NCBI RefSeq assembly: GCF_044361015.1
Contig: NZ_JBIKJL010000003.1
Coordinates: forward strand, 44,037-108,036
DNA: 64,000 nucleotides
Direction: 5' to 3'
Origin: Flavobacterium sp.
GTDB taxonomy: Bacteria > Bacteroidota > Bacteroidia > Flavobacteriales > Flavobacteriaceae
The position numbers were made by a program, and so were the translations under genes. Below, piece after piece: positions 27,331 to 37,348 of this stretch. The stretch's first letter is position 1; every line of letters starts with the position of its first letter. The notes beneath the pieces are model-generated. The model was not told the origin of the DNA and did no database searches. It saw nothing but the letters and a program-made list of their open reading frames with translations.

Positions 27331-29421
27331 GTGAACAAAGGATTATATATCGCCACTATTGAACCCAGAAGCGGGAAGTCACTTTTAAGTTTAGGATTAA
27401 TGGATGCGTTGCTAAGCCGTATGGCAAAAGTAGCTTATTACCGACCCATTATTACCGAAGGTAAGAAATCTAAAATTGATAGCCATTTGCAATTAATTCT
27501 TCAAACGTTTAATTTAAAATTTGACTATGAGAATGCGTATTCTTATACCAAGCAAAAGATGATTCAGTTGGTTAATTTGGGAAAGAAAGGGGAGGTGATT
27601 GATACCATTATGAACGATTATAAAAGATTGGAAGAGGAATACGATTTTGTATTGGTAGAGGGAAGTGATTTTGAAGATGAAGTTTCTGTTTTTGAATTTG
27701 AAATTAACCTCCAAATTGCTAAAAATTTAGGATTGCCCGTGTTGATAAATGCCTCGGGAGACAATTCTATAGAGGATTCCATTCAAAATTTAGAATTAGC
27801 TTACAAGTCCTTTTTAGGAAAGGAAATTGGTGTAATGGCTATTGTTATCAATAAAATTCAAGAAAAAAATAGGTCTAAATTTATTAAAGGAATTCAAAAA
27901 TTTTGTGCAGATGAGGTTCAGATTTTAGCTATACCGGTCAATGAATTATTGAGCAACCCTAGTGTTCGGGAAGTAGTAGAAGCTTTGAATGGAAAGGTTT
28001 TATTTGGCGAGCATTTGTTAGATGGTATAGTAGGCAGTTTTAGTGTGGGTGCTATGCAATTACACAATTATCTTACTCATATTGGTCAAAATAATTTGGT
28101 GATTACTCCCGGGGATCGGGCAGATATTATTATAGGCGTTTTACAAGCACACAAATCGGCCAGTTATCCAAGAATGGTTGGAATTATTTTAACGGGAGGA
28201 CTTATTCCAGAAGAGTCTATTCTAAAACTGATTGAAGGCTTGGATGATATTATTCCTATCATTAGTGTGGAAGAGAATACTTTTAAAGCCGCTAATAAAA
28301 TAGGTAGGATTAATTGTAAAATAAGACCCGATGATACAACAAAAATTCAATTATCCCTTGAAACATTTTATAAATATGTTGATTCCGATTTACTGATTGA
28401 GAATGTAACTAATTTTACCTCAAAAGGAATTACGCCTAAAATGTTTCAATACAATTTATTAAAAAAGGCAAGAAAAGTGCGTAAACATATCGTTCTACCT
28501 GAATCGGAAGATTTACGAATTTTAGAGGCAACTGACCGATTAATTGCTGCCGATGTGGTGGATATCACCTTGTTGGGTAAAAAAGAGACTATCGAAAAGA
28601 GTTTGATTAAGTCCGGTATACTTCTACCCTTGGATAAAGTAACTATTATTGACCCGGTAAATTCGGTCTATTATGCTGATTTTGTGGAGACATTCTATGA
28701 ATTGAGAAAACATAAAAATGTGAATCACGATATTGCCAAAGATTTGATGTCGGATGTCTCTTATTTTGGCACCATGATGGTTTTCAAAGGATTGGCAGAC
28801 GGAATGGTTTCGGGAGCTATTCATACCACACAATATACGATTCGTCCAGCTTTACAAATTATTAAAACTAAAAAAGGAATCTCAATAGTTTCTTCGGTGT
28901 TTTTCATGTGTTTGGAAGATCGTATTTCGGTTTTTGGCGACTGTGCCATTAATCCTAATCCAACGGCCGAAGAATTAGCTCAAATTGCCATTTCCTCTGC
29001 AGAAAGCAGCCAAGCATTTGGAATTGAGCCTAAAATAGCCATGTTGTCTTACTCCTCGGGAAGTTCAGGTATTGGTGAAGATGTGGAGCGGGTTAGAAAA
29101 GCAACTGAATTAGTTAAAACTTTGCGTCCCGATTTACAAATTGAAGGACCAATTCAATACGATGCCGCTGTAGATATGACCGTCGGAAAAAGTAAAATGC
29201 CCGATTCTTTGGTTGCCGGTCAAGCAAATGTATTAATCTTCCCCGATTTAAACACGGGTAATAATACTTATAAAGCCGTTCAGAGGGAAACCGGTGCGGT
29301 TGCTATCGGACCCATGTTACAAGGTTTAAATAAGCCTGTAAACGATTTGAGTAGAGGTTGCACCGTTGAAGATGTTTACAATACGATAATTATAACCGCC
29401 ATTCAGGCACAGGATATTTAA
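27331..29421 (+). CDS. pta: Phosphate acetyltransferase (long form with N-terminal P-loop-like and DRTGG domains)
   Basis: Probable GTG start at 27331, TPGDRADI, IVLPESED.RIL, QYDAAV, PDLNTGNNTYK, NDLSRG. Confidence 0.95.
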   Translation: MNKGLYIATIEPRSGKSLLSLGLMDALLSRMAKVAYYRPIITEGKKSKIDSHLQLILQTFNLKFDYENAYSYTKQKMIQLVNLGKKGEVIDTIMNDYKRLEEEYDFVLVEGSDFEDEVSVFEFEINLQIAKNLGLPVLINASGDNSIEDSIQNLELAYKSFLGKEIGVMAIVINKIQEKNRSKFIKGIQKFCADEVQILAIPVNELLSNPSVREVVEALNGKVLFGEHLLDGIVGSFSVGAMQLHNYLTHIGQNNLVITPGDRADIIIGVLQAHKSASYPRMVGIILTGGLIPEESILKLIEGLDDIIPIISVEENTFKAANKIGRINCKIRPDDTTKIQLSLETFYKYVDSDLLIENVTNFTSKGITPKMFQYNLLKKARKVRKHIVLPESEDLRILEATDRLIAADVVDITLLGKKETIEKSLIKSGILLPLDKVTIIDPVNSVYYADFVETFYELRKHKNVNHDIAKDLMSDVSYFGTMMVFKGLADGMVSGAIHTTQYTIRPALQIIKTKKGISIVSSVFFMCLEDRISVFGDCAINPNPTAEELAQIAISSAESSQAFGIEPKIAMLSYSSGSSGIGEDVERVRKATELVKTLRPDLQIEGPIQYDAAVDMTVGKSKMPDSLVAGQANVLIFPDLNTGNNTYKAVQRETGAVAIGPMLQGLNKPVNDLSRGCTVEDVYNTIIITAIQAQDI

Positions 29422-29429
29422 AACAGCCT

Positions 29430-30599
29430 ATGAACATATTAGTCATTAATGCCGGAAGTTCGTCATTAAAATTTCAGCTTATTGAAATGCCTTTGGCAGC
29501 TGTTATTTCTTCGGGTTTGGTAGAGCGAATAGGGTTAGACTATACTAAGTTTCACTATATGATTCAATCAGAAGAATTTACAGAAACGGTGGAATTCGCC
29601 AATCACAAAGAAGCTTTTGAAGCATTAGCTCAAAAAATGTTGAGTAAAAGTAACTATCAAACTATTGATACTATCGTTCATCGAGTGGTTCACGGCGGAG
29701 AACAGTTTTCAAAAACCACGATTATTTCCACGGAAGTTAAGGATAAGATTCGCGAATTATGTACCTTGGCACCTTTACACAATCCGGCCAATTTGGCTTG
29801 TATTGAAATGGCTGAGGTTGTTTTTCCAAAAGCAACACAAGTTGCGGTATTTGATACGGCTTTTCATCAGACAATACCTGAAAAGGCCTATCGCTATTCG
29901 ATTCCAAATGAATTTTATACCCAGCATCAAATTCGTCAATATGGTTTTCACGGAACCAGCCACAAATATGTTTCTAAAAAAGCCATTGCATTTTTAGAAT
30001 TCAAACATTCTAAAATTATTACTGTTCATTTAGGAAACGGTTGCAGTATTACAGCTGTGAAAGATGGAGAAAGCATTGAACATTCTATGGGATATGGTCC
30101 TACCAACGGTTTGATTATGGGAACCCGAAGTGGTGATGTTGATCAAGCAATTATTTTTTACTTAATGGATACCTTGAATTATTCTTCGAGTCAAGTACAA
30201 GATTTATTGCAAAAAGAGAGTGGATTAAAGGGCTTGACCGATTTTTCCGATTTACGAGACATACAAAACGAGGCCCAAAAAGGGAATAAAGAGTGTTTGC
30301 TTGCCCTTCAGATGATGGCTTATCGTGTACAAAAATTTATAGGGTCTTATATTGCGGCATTGAATGGTTTAGATGCGTTGGTATTTACAGCGGGAATAGG
30401 TGAAAATAGTGATGTTATGCGTTCGTTAATTTGTCAGCAAATGGATTACTTTGGCATTCAATTGGATGAAGAAAAAAACAAGAAGCGTTCCAAAAATATC
30501 CGTTCCATTTCTTTAGAAGGTTCGAAAGTGCCAATTTTAATCATTCCAACGAATGAGGAGTTTGAAATGGCGGAGCAGGCTTATGGTCTTTTAACTTAA
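29430..30599 (+). CDS. ackA: Acetate kinase
   Basis: INAGSSSLK, HRVVHGG, APLHNP, VFDTAFH, YGFHGTSH, HLGNG.S, IPTNEE. Confidence 0.97.
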   Translation: MNILVINAGSSSLKFQLIEMPLAAVISSGLVERIGLDYTKFHYMIQSEEFTETVEFANHKEAFEALAQKMLSKSNYQTIDTIVHRVVHGGEQFSKTTIISTEVKDKIRELCTLAPLHNPANLACIEMAEVVFPKATQVAVFDTAFHQTIPEKAYRYSIPNEFYTQHQIRQYGFHGTSHKYVSKKAIAFLEFKHSKIITVHLGNGCSITAVKDGESIEHSMGYGPTNGLIMGTRSGDVDQAIIFYLMDTLNYSSSQVQDLLQKESGLKGLTDFSDLRDIQNEAQKGNKECLLALQMMAYRVQKFIGSYIAALNGLDALVFTAGIGENSDVMRSLICQQMDYFGIQLDEEKNKKRSKNIRSISLEGSKVPILIIPTNEEFEMAEQAYGLLT

Positions 30600-30655
30600 A
30601 AAAAATATTTTTCCGTACCCTCAGTTTGGTTATAAGTGCCTATTTATTATAAATG

Positions 30656-30682
30656 AAAAGCCCTCAATTTTGAGGGGCTTTT
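30656..30682. terminator. Bidirectional terminator between ackA and the T9SS cargo gene
   Basis: AAAAGCCCTCA-attt-TGAGGGGCTTTT between convergent genes. Confidence 0.75.
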
Positions 30683-30709
30683 CGGTGTCAAAAATCAATT
30701 ATCAAAACC

Positions 30710-33355
30710 CTATTTAATAATGATTTTTTTGCTAATTGTTCCATGAGTGGTTTTCACTCGAACAATATATGGGCCAGCACTTAGGTTGCTTATCGGTAGC
30801 GAAATGTTGTTTTGGGTTTGGTTTTCAACATTCCATGTAGCAAGGGTCTGACCCAGGATTGTAAAGATGCTCACTGTTTTCACAGTTACATCAGTTAAGT
30901 TATTTTTTATAGTTAGTAGATTTTGGGCATTAGTATAAGCCACCGTGATTTGTTTTCCAAGTTCAAAATCCGATGCTGATAAAGCATGATTTTGAAAAGT
31001 CAGTTCAAAACGATTGTGGATTTCACCTTGCGGTAAATTGATTGTAAAATGTTCATTTCTGATATCATGGTATAAACCAGTCACAATATCGTGAATGTAA
31101 ATAGGTTGTGTTGGCTCTACATTTTCTAAACCGTCTAAAGTAAATTGAACATCACCGGCTACATAGGTTTTAATTCCTAACGGATAAACTTTACTCGTTT
31201 CAAAATGAGAAGCACCTTGAATTATTAATTTTGTTCCGTTATTTAAAAAATACATATCATATTGTTGGTTGTCAATATGAATTGCATCATAACCCGGATC
31301 AACAGATTCCGTTGCTAAATCATCCATAAAACCAATTAATAGTTGTCTATGAAAATTGTTATTGGAATTGAATCCGATACGAAATTTCATGAAAGCATTT
31401 TCTGTATAAGGGTCTTCTTCGTTGGTTACTAATCCTGAATTTGGAGCAGTAGCATTTTGATTGGCTCTGAATAAGCTATTTGAGTCAATATTACTTTCTT
31501 TGACAAAAAGGCGTTGATTGTTATCAAAAATGATATTTCCACCCGTTGCATTTCCTGTCACAAAGAAACCTTGCCCTACCGGGATGAATCTGCCAGGAAT
31601 TCGTATGCTTGAACCTAATTCACTAATGTCTGCTGGAGACATAGGAGCCGTCCCCCCCACTAAGGTCCGGACAGCATATCCACCTTGGTATTCTCCTAAA
31701 GTGTGTGTATTATTTGTCTTGAAATGTTCCCAAAAGTATAAAGTTCCATTGATGGTTGCTAAATTATCTTTTATGAATTTATCTGCATCTAAAGCAGAAG
31801 GATATGGATTACCAGTTAAGTTTAGATTGTTGGCTGAAACGATATTGATAATTTGCCCATTATTTGGTTTTCCAATAAAGGTAAAATTTTGTGAGCCACT
31901 GGTGGCTCCACTTCCTTTAAGTGTATAGCCTTGACCGGCTAGCAAAAGACCGTTTTGACCTACGCTGGCCCAATTTGCATAATCAGGAGTCAGGTTTTGA
32001 AATTTGAATATCCAATAGCTGCTCAATGTTATTGGGTTACTCGTCGTAGGATTGTTCATTCCGCTAACCCATCCAATGTTTTGCGGTTGAGCTATTATAC
32101 TTCCGTCTTTCATCACTTCGGCTACAGTATAACCATGGTTGATTGAAGAAGTATTTGGAGTGCTTACCGGTGATGACCAATAATTGTAATTATATTTATT
32201 TGATTGACCTTGTTGGTCTCTTTCAATGGTTCCTGAACTAGTTGGGTCCAATTCACTTTCTGTTGTTTGGATCAATTGCGATTCACCTTCTAAATCTATT
32301 TGGCCATTTAATTTTAAATAACCGCGGTTTTCGATTTTGGTATCATTCAACATGGTGATTTTTTTACCTGAATCGACAATCAAGCCAAAGTTTCCAATAT
32401 TTTCATATTGAGTTATATCATTGCTCACTTGAATAATCGACCACGGATAATTTTCAGCATCTTTTCCAAAAATATCATGTTCATCATCATGAATGGCTGT
32501 AGGAAAATCACCATTTCTCTTGGTCAAAAAAGGCATTGGCGCTTCTTGAATTCCAACAATATTTATATTGAAAAGTTGAATTCCTTCAATAACATTCGGA
32601 TTATTTTGCGTTTGATTTTGCACAAGATTATTTTGGATAAGATCCATTTTATAATATCGAATCAATGAATTGTAATTCAAACCGGGAATATTTTTGGGGA
32701 TAACAGCACCTCTTATCATTCCATTATGATTTGTAATTTCCTGATAAACCATTTGTTGTATTTGGTAATCGGTCAAGTTTTTATTGAAAATTCTTATTTC
32801 ATCCATCTTGCCTTGGAAAAAATGAATATTGTTTATAGGATTTTTTCCAATTGTAAAAGATGAATTCAAAGTTTGCCCAATTGATCCGTTAGCAGCTTGT
32901 TGATTGATTAGGTTTCCGTTCAGGTAGAATTTAACTATTGAGCCGTCATAAGAAGCCGCAATGTGATACCAGCGTGAAGTATCCAATGAAATCGTACTCG
33001 TTAAAAAAGCAGAATTGCATTTAACAATTATTTTTCTGTTGGCATCACAACTGATATTAAAGTTATTTTCACCCATTATAAAAGCGTAATTTTCAAATTG
33101 AGGTGATAAACTTATCCAGCCCATTATTGTAGTTCTTTCCAACCCTTCTAAAAAAACATTTGCATTTCCATAATCATTGCTTCCGTTGAAGTATAAAAAT
33201 GCTTTTTGGTTAATGTTCAATATAGGTTCCTGATGCTGTGACAGGGAATAAACATTTCTAATTTCCTTGTCATTATTCTTTGCGTGATTTTCTATGCTCC
33301 ACAATACCATGAGTAGAAGTGAAAATATAGTTTTTTTTAAAATTATCTTTTTCAT
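30710..33355 (-). CDS. T9SS type A cargo protein with a LamG/concanavalin-like domain
   Basis: Signal peptide, LamG motifs (WYHIAASYDG..VKFYLNG, F.GKMDEIRIFN), YNYWSSPV / NLTGNPYPSA blocks, C-terminal CTD (LGQ...L..G.YIVRV...SKKIIIK). Confidence 0.88.
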   Translation of the reverse strand: MKKIILKKTIFSLLLMVLWSIENHAKNNDKEIRNVYSLSQHQEPILNINQKAFLYFNGSNDYGNANVFLEGLERTTIMGWISLSPQFENYAFIMGENNFNISCDANRKIIVKCNSAFLTSTISLDTSRWYHIAASYDGSIVKFYLNGNLINQQAANGSIGQTLNSSFTIGKNPINNIHFFQGKMDEIRIFNKNLTDYQIQQMVYQEITNHNGMIRGAVIPKNIPGLNYNSLIRYYKMDLIQNNLVQNQTQNNPNVIEGIQLFNINIVGIQEAPMPFLTKRNGDFPTAIHDDEHDIFGKDAENYPWSIIQVSNDITQYENIGNFGLIVDSGKKITMLNDTKIENRGYLKLNGQIDLEGESQLIQTTESELDPTSSGTIERDQQGQSNKYNYNYWSSPVSTPNTSSINHGYTVAEVMKDGSIIAQPQNIGWVSGMNNPTTSNPITLSSYWIFKFQNLTPDYANWASVGQNGLLLAGQGYTLKGSGATSGSQNFTFIGKPNNGQIINIVSANNLNLTGNPYPSALDADKFIKDNLATINGTLYFWEHFKTNNTHTLGEYQGGYAVRTLVGGTAPMSPADISELGSSIRIPGRFIPVGQGFFVTGNATGGNIIFDNNQRLFVKESNIDSNSLFRANQNATAPNSGLVTNEEDPYTENAFMKFRIGFNSNNNFHRQLLIGFMDDLATESVDPGYDAIHIDNQQYDMYFLNNGTKLIIQGASHFETSKVYPLGIKTYVAGDVQFTLDGLENVEPTQPIYIHDIVTGLYHDIRNEHFTINLPQGEIHNRFELTFQNHALSASDFELGKQITVAYTNAQNLLTIKNNLTDVTVKTVSIFTILGQTLATWNVENQTQNNISLPISNLSAGPYIVRVKTTHGTISKKIIIK

Positions 33356-33415
33356 TATTAATGAGGTTAAGTTGATTTTTTATTTTTGACATTTCAAAAG
33401 TAGCAATCAAATTTG

Positions 33416-33449
33416 AATAATCGATAAAGTGAATAAAATAATCGATGAA
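33416..33449. promoter_or_regulatory. 13-bp direct repeat with 21-bp period upstream of the T9SS cargo promoter (LytTR-type architecture)
   Basis: AATAATCGATAAA (33416) and AATAATCGATGAA (33437). The -7 box TACTTTTG is on the minus strand at 33395-33402. Confidence 0.5.
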
Positions 33450-33724
33450 ATACATATATAAATGATAAATATATATAAAAACTTACAAAATATAATTATT
33501 TTTTAAGTGATTTTATGTTTCAAGGATAGTAAGATATTTTTTTGGAATTTGTTAGAAAGTAGAAACTGTAAACAGGAGTAATAATTATCCTAGCTAAAAG
33601 TTAATACTATTTTACTGTGGTACAAATTGATATCAATTCCATATAAAAAAAGATATCTATAAATTGAATAGTCAATCAATTTGGTGTACGGTTTGTAAAA
33701 GTAGCAAAATAGAGGCCATAAAAA

Positions 33725-33751
33725 AAACGGATTAAGAACCTTAATCCGTTT
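33725..33751 (-). terminator. Terminator downstream of tRNA-Met
   Basis: AAACGGATTAAG-aac-CTTAATCCGTTT with an A-run on the plus strand (a U-run in the minus-strand transcript). Confidence 0.8.
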
Positions 33752-33772
33752 ACTTTAAAAGTAGTAACCTTG

Positions 33773-33846
33773 TAGCGAGAGGGAGATTTGAACTCCCGAC
33801 CTTTGGGTTATGAATCCAACGCTCTAACCGACTGAGCTACCTCGCC
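33773..33846 (-). tRNA. tRNA-Met (CAT), elongator-type; CCA not encoded
   Basis: Reverse complement GGCGAGGTAGCTCAGTCGGTTAGAGCGTTGGATTCATAACCCAAAGGTCGGGAGTTCAAATCTCCCTCTCGCTA folds as a cloverleaf with anticodon CAT. It lacks the initiator C1:A72 signature. Confidence 0.93.
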
Positions 33847-33993
33847 AAAATCATTTGGTACATGTACCGTAACGCGGGTGCAAATATAGAAATAATCGCA
33901 AACCTTACAAACATAAAATAAGAAATTATTTTTATTTATAAATTCCCTTTTTTTTTGAATTAATATTCAATATATTGCTCAAAAATTAAGTTT

Positions 33994-34386
33994 ATGGATA
34001 CAAAAGTACGATATGAAATAGAGTTTGCGGTTAATTCTTCTCCGCAATTGCTATATCAATATATTTCTACTCCTTCCGGTTTGTCAGAATGGTTTGCTGA
34101 TAATGTGAATTCCAGAGGTGAATTATTTACTTTTATTTGGGATGGTTCTAAAGAAAGAGCCCGATTAGCTTCCAAAAAATCAAATGAAAGAGTAAAATTC
34201 AGGTGGATTGATGACCAAGATAAAGACACCGACTATTTTTTTGAATTGAGAATTTCAGAAGATGAAATCACCAAAGACGTTTCTTTAGTAGTAGTAGATT
34301 TTGCTTTTGAAGATGAGTTAACAGAATCTAAACAGCTTTGGGAGAATCAAGTTTCTGATTTAAAACACGTAATCGGATCCGTTTAA
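33994..34386 (+). CDS. START/SRPBCC-like domain protein
   Basis: LLYQYISTPSGLSEWFADNV, F.WDG, typical of the Bacteroidota START-like family. Confidence 0.8.
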   Translation: MDTKVRYEIEFAVNSSPQLLYQYISTPSGLSEWFADNVNSRGELFTFIWDGSKERARLASKKSNERVKFRWIDDQDKDTDYFFELRISEDEITKDVSLVVVDFAFEDELTESKQLWENQVSDLKHVIGSV

Positions 34387-34433
34387 TTTGTGGAATAAAC
34401 AGTATATTTGCCCTTTAATTTAGGGCTTTTTTT

Positions 34434-35270
34434 ATGATTAATCTAAACGGAAAATTAGTTGAAGCGGATTCGATATTAATGCATAATCGGGCATTTTTAT
34501 ATGGCGATGCAGTTTTTGAAACCCTTAAACTTGTCAACGGCAAAGTTCTTTTTATGGAAGACCATTATTTCCGTTTGATGGCTTCTATGCGAATCATTCG
34601 GATGCAGATTCCAATGAATTTTACTTTAGAATATTTGGAAGAGCAAATTATACAGTTGGCTGAACGTAATTTCTTTTCAGCTTCTTGTCGGATTCGACTA
34701 ACGGTTTACCGCAATGATGGGGGTTATTATTTGCCTTTATCCCGAAGTGTTTCATTTTTAATTTCGGTTAAACCCTTGGATAACAAAGTTTATGCTTTTG
34801 CAAATGAACCTTATGAAGTCGAGTTATTCAAAGATTTTTATGTTACTAAGCAGTTGCTTTCCACCATCAAATCGACTAATCGACTAATCAATACAGTTGG
34901 TAGTATTTTTGTTGAAGAAAATGGCTATCAAAACTGCCTTTTACTTAATGAAGAAAAAAATGTAGTGGAAGCTTTAAATGGAAATTTATTTATGTTTATC
35001 GGGAATCGATTAACCACTCCGCCACTATCAGAAGGATGTTTAAATGGCGTTATGCGTAAACAAATCCTTACTATTGCAAAAAAAATAGCAGAAATCGAAG
35101 TGATTGAGGAGCCTATTTCTCCTTTTGATCTTCAAAAAGCGGATGAATTATTTATTACCAATGTGATTTCAGGAATTCAACCAATCACCCAATATCGTAA
35201 AAAGGAATTTGAGTCGGTCTTAGCAAAAGTATTGCTTGAAAAACTTAATGAAGCAGTGAATTTATTTTAA
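34434..35270 (+). CDS. Class IV PLP-dependent aminotransferase / aminodeoxychorismate-lyase-like protein
   Basis: NRAFLYGDAVFET, KSTNR, E...GNLF, GCLNGVMR, ADELFITN. Confidence 0.9.
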   Translation: MINLNGKLVEADSILMHNRAFLYGDAVFETLKLVNGKVLFMEDHYFRLMASMRIIRMQIPMNFTLEYLEEQIIQLAERNFFSASCRIRLTVYRNDGGYYLPLSRSVSFLISVKPLDNKVYAFANEPYEVELFKDFYVTKQLLSTIKSTNRLINTVGSIFVEENGYQNCLLLNEEKNVVEALNGNLFMFIGNRLTTPPLSEGCLNGVMRKQILTIAKKIAEIEVIEEPISPFDLQKADELFITNVISGIQPITQYRKKEFESVLAKVLLEKLNEAVNLF

Positions 35271-35827
35271 TTCAGCATTGGATTTTCAGGAGCATTAGAC
35301 CAAATAATGTATTCGCCGCCTAATTCCATGATCTGTTCTTTCCAAAAATCAGAAGACGATTTTTTCAGTATATTATTTTTGTAACTATTTTCAATTAAAA
35401 TCCATGAATTAGCACTCATCTCTGTTTCTAATTGATTGGCATCCCAACCAGTGTAGCCTAAAAAGAAACGGATGTTGTCTTTGTTGATGCTACCATTATT
35501 AATTAAGTCACGTGTTTTTTCGAAATCTCCGCCCCAAAAAACACCATTGGAAATTTCTACGCTATTCGGAATCAATTCTGGGATATTGTGGATAAAATAA
35601 AGATTATCCTGTTCTACCGGACCACCATTATAGATGGTAAAAGTAGCATCGACCTCCGGAACCAAATCATTTACGGAGTAATCAAGGGGTTTATTGAGAA
35701 TGAAGCCTACAGAACCTTCGGCGTTGTGATCGGCTAATAAAATAACAGAGCGATTAAAAGATAAATCGCCTAATATGGAAGGCTCTGCAATGAGCAAATG
35801 ACCTTTTTTGATTATTTCTGATATCAT
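35267..35827 (-). CDS. YqgE/AlgH family protein
   Basis: Minus strand (ATG at 35827). LLIAEP, F.RSVILL..H...GSVGFILNKP, GGPV, RFFLGY.GW...QL. Confidence 0.93.
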   Translation of the reverse strand: MISEIIKKGHLLIAEPSILGDLSFNRSVILLADHNAEGSVGFILNKPLDYSVNDLVPEVDATFTIYNGGPVEQDNLYFIHNIPELIPNSVEISNGVFWGGDFEKTRDLINNGSINKDNIRFFLGYTGWDANQLETEMSANSWILIENSYKNNILKKSSSDFWKEQIMELGGEYIIWSNAPENPMLN

Positions 35828-35900
35828 TTACCTACAATTTTTAGTTAAATTTAGTAAAATTATTTTCAATAATCCAATTACTTTATTAAAAATCTAAAAA

Positions 35901-35927
35901 AAAAGTCTTCCGAAGTGGAAGACTTTT
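35901..35927 (-). terminator. Terminator of the HU gene
   Basis: AAAAGTCTTCC-gaagt-GGAAGACTTTT. Confidence 0.8.
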
Positions 35928-35948
35928 CTTTATATCGACTTAATTAGA

Positions 35949-36221
35949 CTAGTTTACAGTACCTTCTAATTCAGCACCTGCTTTGAATTTAACTACATTC
36001 TTAGCAGCAATTTTAATTGTTTTTCCAGTTTGAGGATTTCTTCCATCTCTAGCAGCTCTTTTAGAAACTGACCAAGATCCGAAACCTACTAAAGAAACTC
36101 TTCCACCTTTTTTCAAAGTTTTACCTACGTTTCCTAAAAATGATTCTAAAGCTAATTTAGCAGCTGCTTTAGTAATTCCTGCATCTGCAGCGATAGCATC
36201 GATTAATTCTGATTTGTTCAT
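35949..36221 (-). CDS. hup: DNA-binding protein HU
   Basis: Minus strand. MNKSELIDAIA, VSLVGFGSW, RDGRNPQTG, VVKFKAG; 90 aa from ATG 36221. Confidence 0.96.
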   Translation of the reverse strand: MNKSELIDAIAADAGITKAAAKLALESFLGNVGKTLKKGGRVSLVGFGSWSVSKRAARDGRNPQTGKTIKIAAKNVVKFKAGAELEGTVN

Positions 36222-36399
36222 AATAATAGTTATTAATTGTTGGTTAAACATAAAGTTAATTGTAACAAATTTAATAGGATTTCCTTACCGCACAAGTGTT
36301 TTCGTGAGTTTTCGTTACATTTGTTAATAACTTAAGTATTTTTGTTGATAACAACGAGCAGTTCGTCGGATATTTACTTAATTTGAGTGTTTTCAACCC

Positions 36400-37347
36400 T
36401 TACAGGGCGATGCAGGTAGCTGAAAATTGCATACCATTGAGTAATTCTGAAGCGGTCATTTTTTTCTTTCCCGGAAATTGAATACTACAAATTTCAATAA
36501 ATCCATCTATCACTGCTAATTTCATTTCTTTTTTGGTAATATGCATAGAGCCGATAGGGAAGTGGTGAGATTCAGTGTGTAGTTTTGTTTCGTGAATTTT
36601 GACATTCCATTCCTGATTATCTTGTTTTATGATGCACCAAGCGCAAGGGTATGGGCTTAGCCCTCTAATTAGGTTGTAAATTTCCTTTCCCGGTTTAGTC
36701 CAATCAATTTTGCAATTTTCCCGGTTAAGTTTATACGCTGTTTTGATTTTTGGATTATCTTTTTGGATAGTTGTTGAAACGACTCTTTTTTCTATAAGTG
36801 CTAATGTTTCAATTACAGTTATACTGCCTAATACCATTAATCGGTCATGAAGTTGACCGGCATTTTCATTTTCATCAATAGGTGTTTCTTTGGCCAATAT
36901 AATTGCCCCGGTATCAATTTTATCATCAATAAAAAAAGTGGTCACTCCGGTTTTTGTTTCTCCATTAATAATAGCCCAATTTATAGGTGCTGCACCGCGA
37001 TAGTTTGGTAATAAAGAAGCGTGTAAATTAAAAGTACCAAATTCTGGCATTCGCCAAACTACTTCCGGTAGCATTCTAAAAGCAACCACAACCTGGCAAT
37101 TGGCCTTGAGACTCTTTAATTCTGCTAAAAAGGTTTCGTCTTTAAGGTTGGTGGGCTGTAATAGGTTTAAGCCTTTTTCCATGGCATATACTTTAACCGC
37201 AGAATAGTTCATTTTTTGACCCCTTCCTGCCGGTTTATCTGCCGCAGTAATTACACCGATTACATTATAATTATTCTTTAAAATGGTATCCAAAATGCCA
37301 ACAGCAAAATCAGGTGTTCCCAAGAAAACAATGCGTAATTTTTCCAT
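36400..37347 (-). CDS. fmt: Methionyl-tRNA formyltransferase
   Basis: Minus strand. VFLGTPDFA, DKPAGRG, NLHASLLP.YRGAAPI, IDTG. Confidence 0.96.
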   Translation of the reverse strand: MEKLRIVFLGTPDFAVGILDTILKNNYNVIGVITAADKPAGRGQKMNYSAVKVYAMEKGLNLLQPTNLKDETFLAELKSLKANCQVVVAFRMLPEVVWRMPEFGTFNLHASLLPNYRGAAPINWAIINGETKTGVTTFFIDDKIDTGAIILAKETPIDENENAGQLHDRLMVLGSITVIETLALIEKRVVSTTIQKDNPKIKTAYKLNRENCKIDWTKPGKEIYNLIRGLSPYPCAWCIIKQDNQEWNVKIHETKLHTESHHFPIGSMHITKKEMKLAVIDGFIEICSIQFPGKKKMTASELLNGMQFSATCIAL

Positions 37348-37348
37348 T

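Noticed and set aside
33273-33455. 60-aa minus-strand ORF upstream of the T9SS cargo gene
   Set aside because: It spans the promoter and operator-like repeat and overlaps the cargo CDS out of frame.
33773-33846. tRNA-Met as the attachment site of an island carrying the T9SS cargo gene and pta-ackA
   Set aside because: I found no duplicated tRNA 3' end and no integrase in the window.
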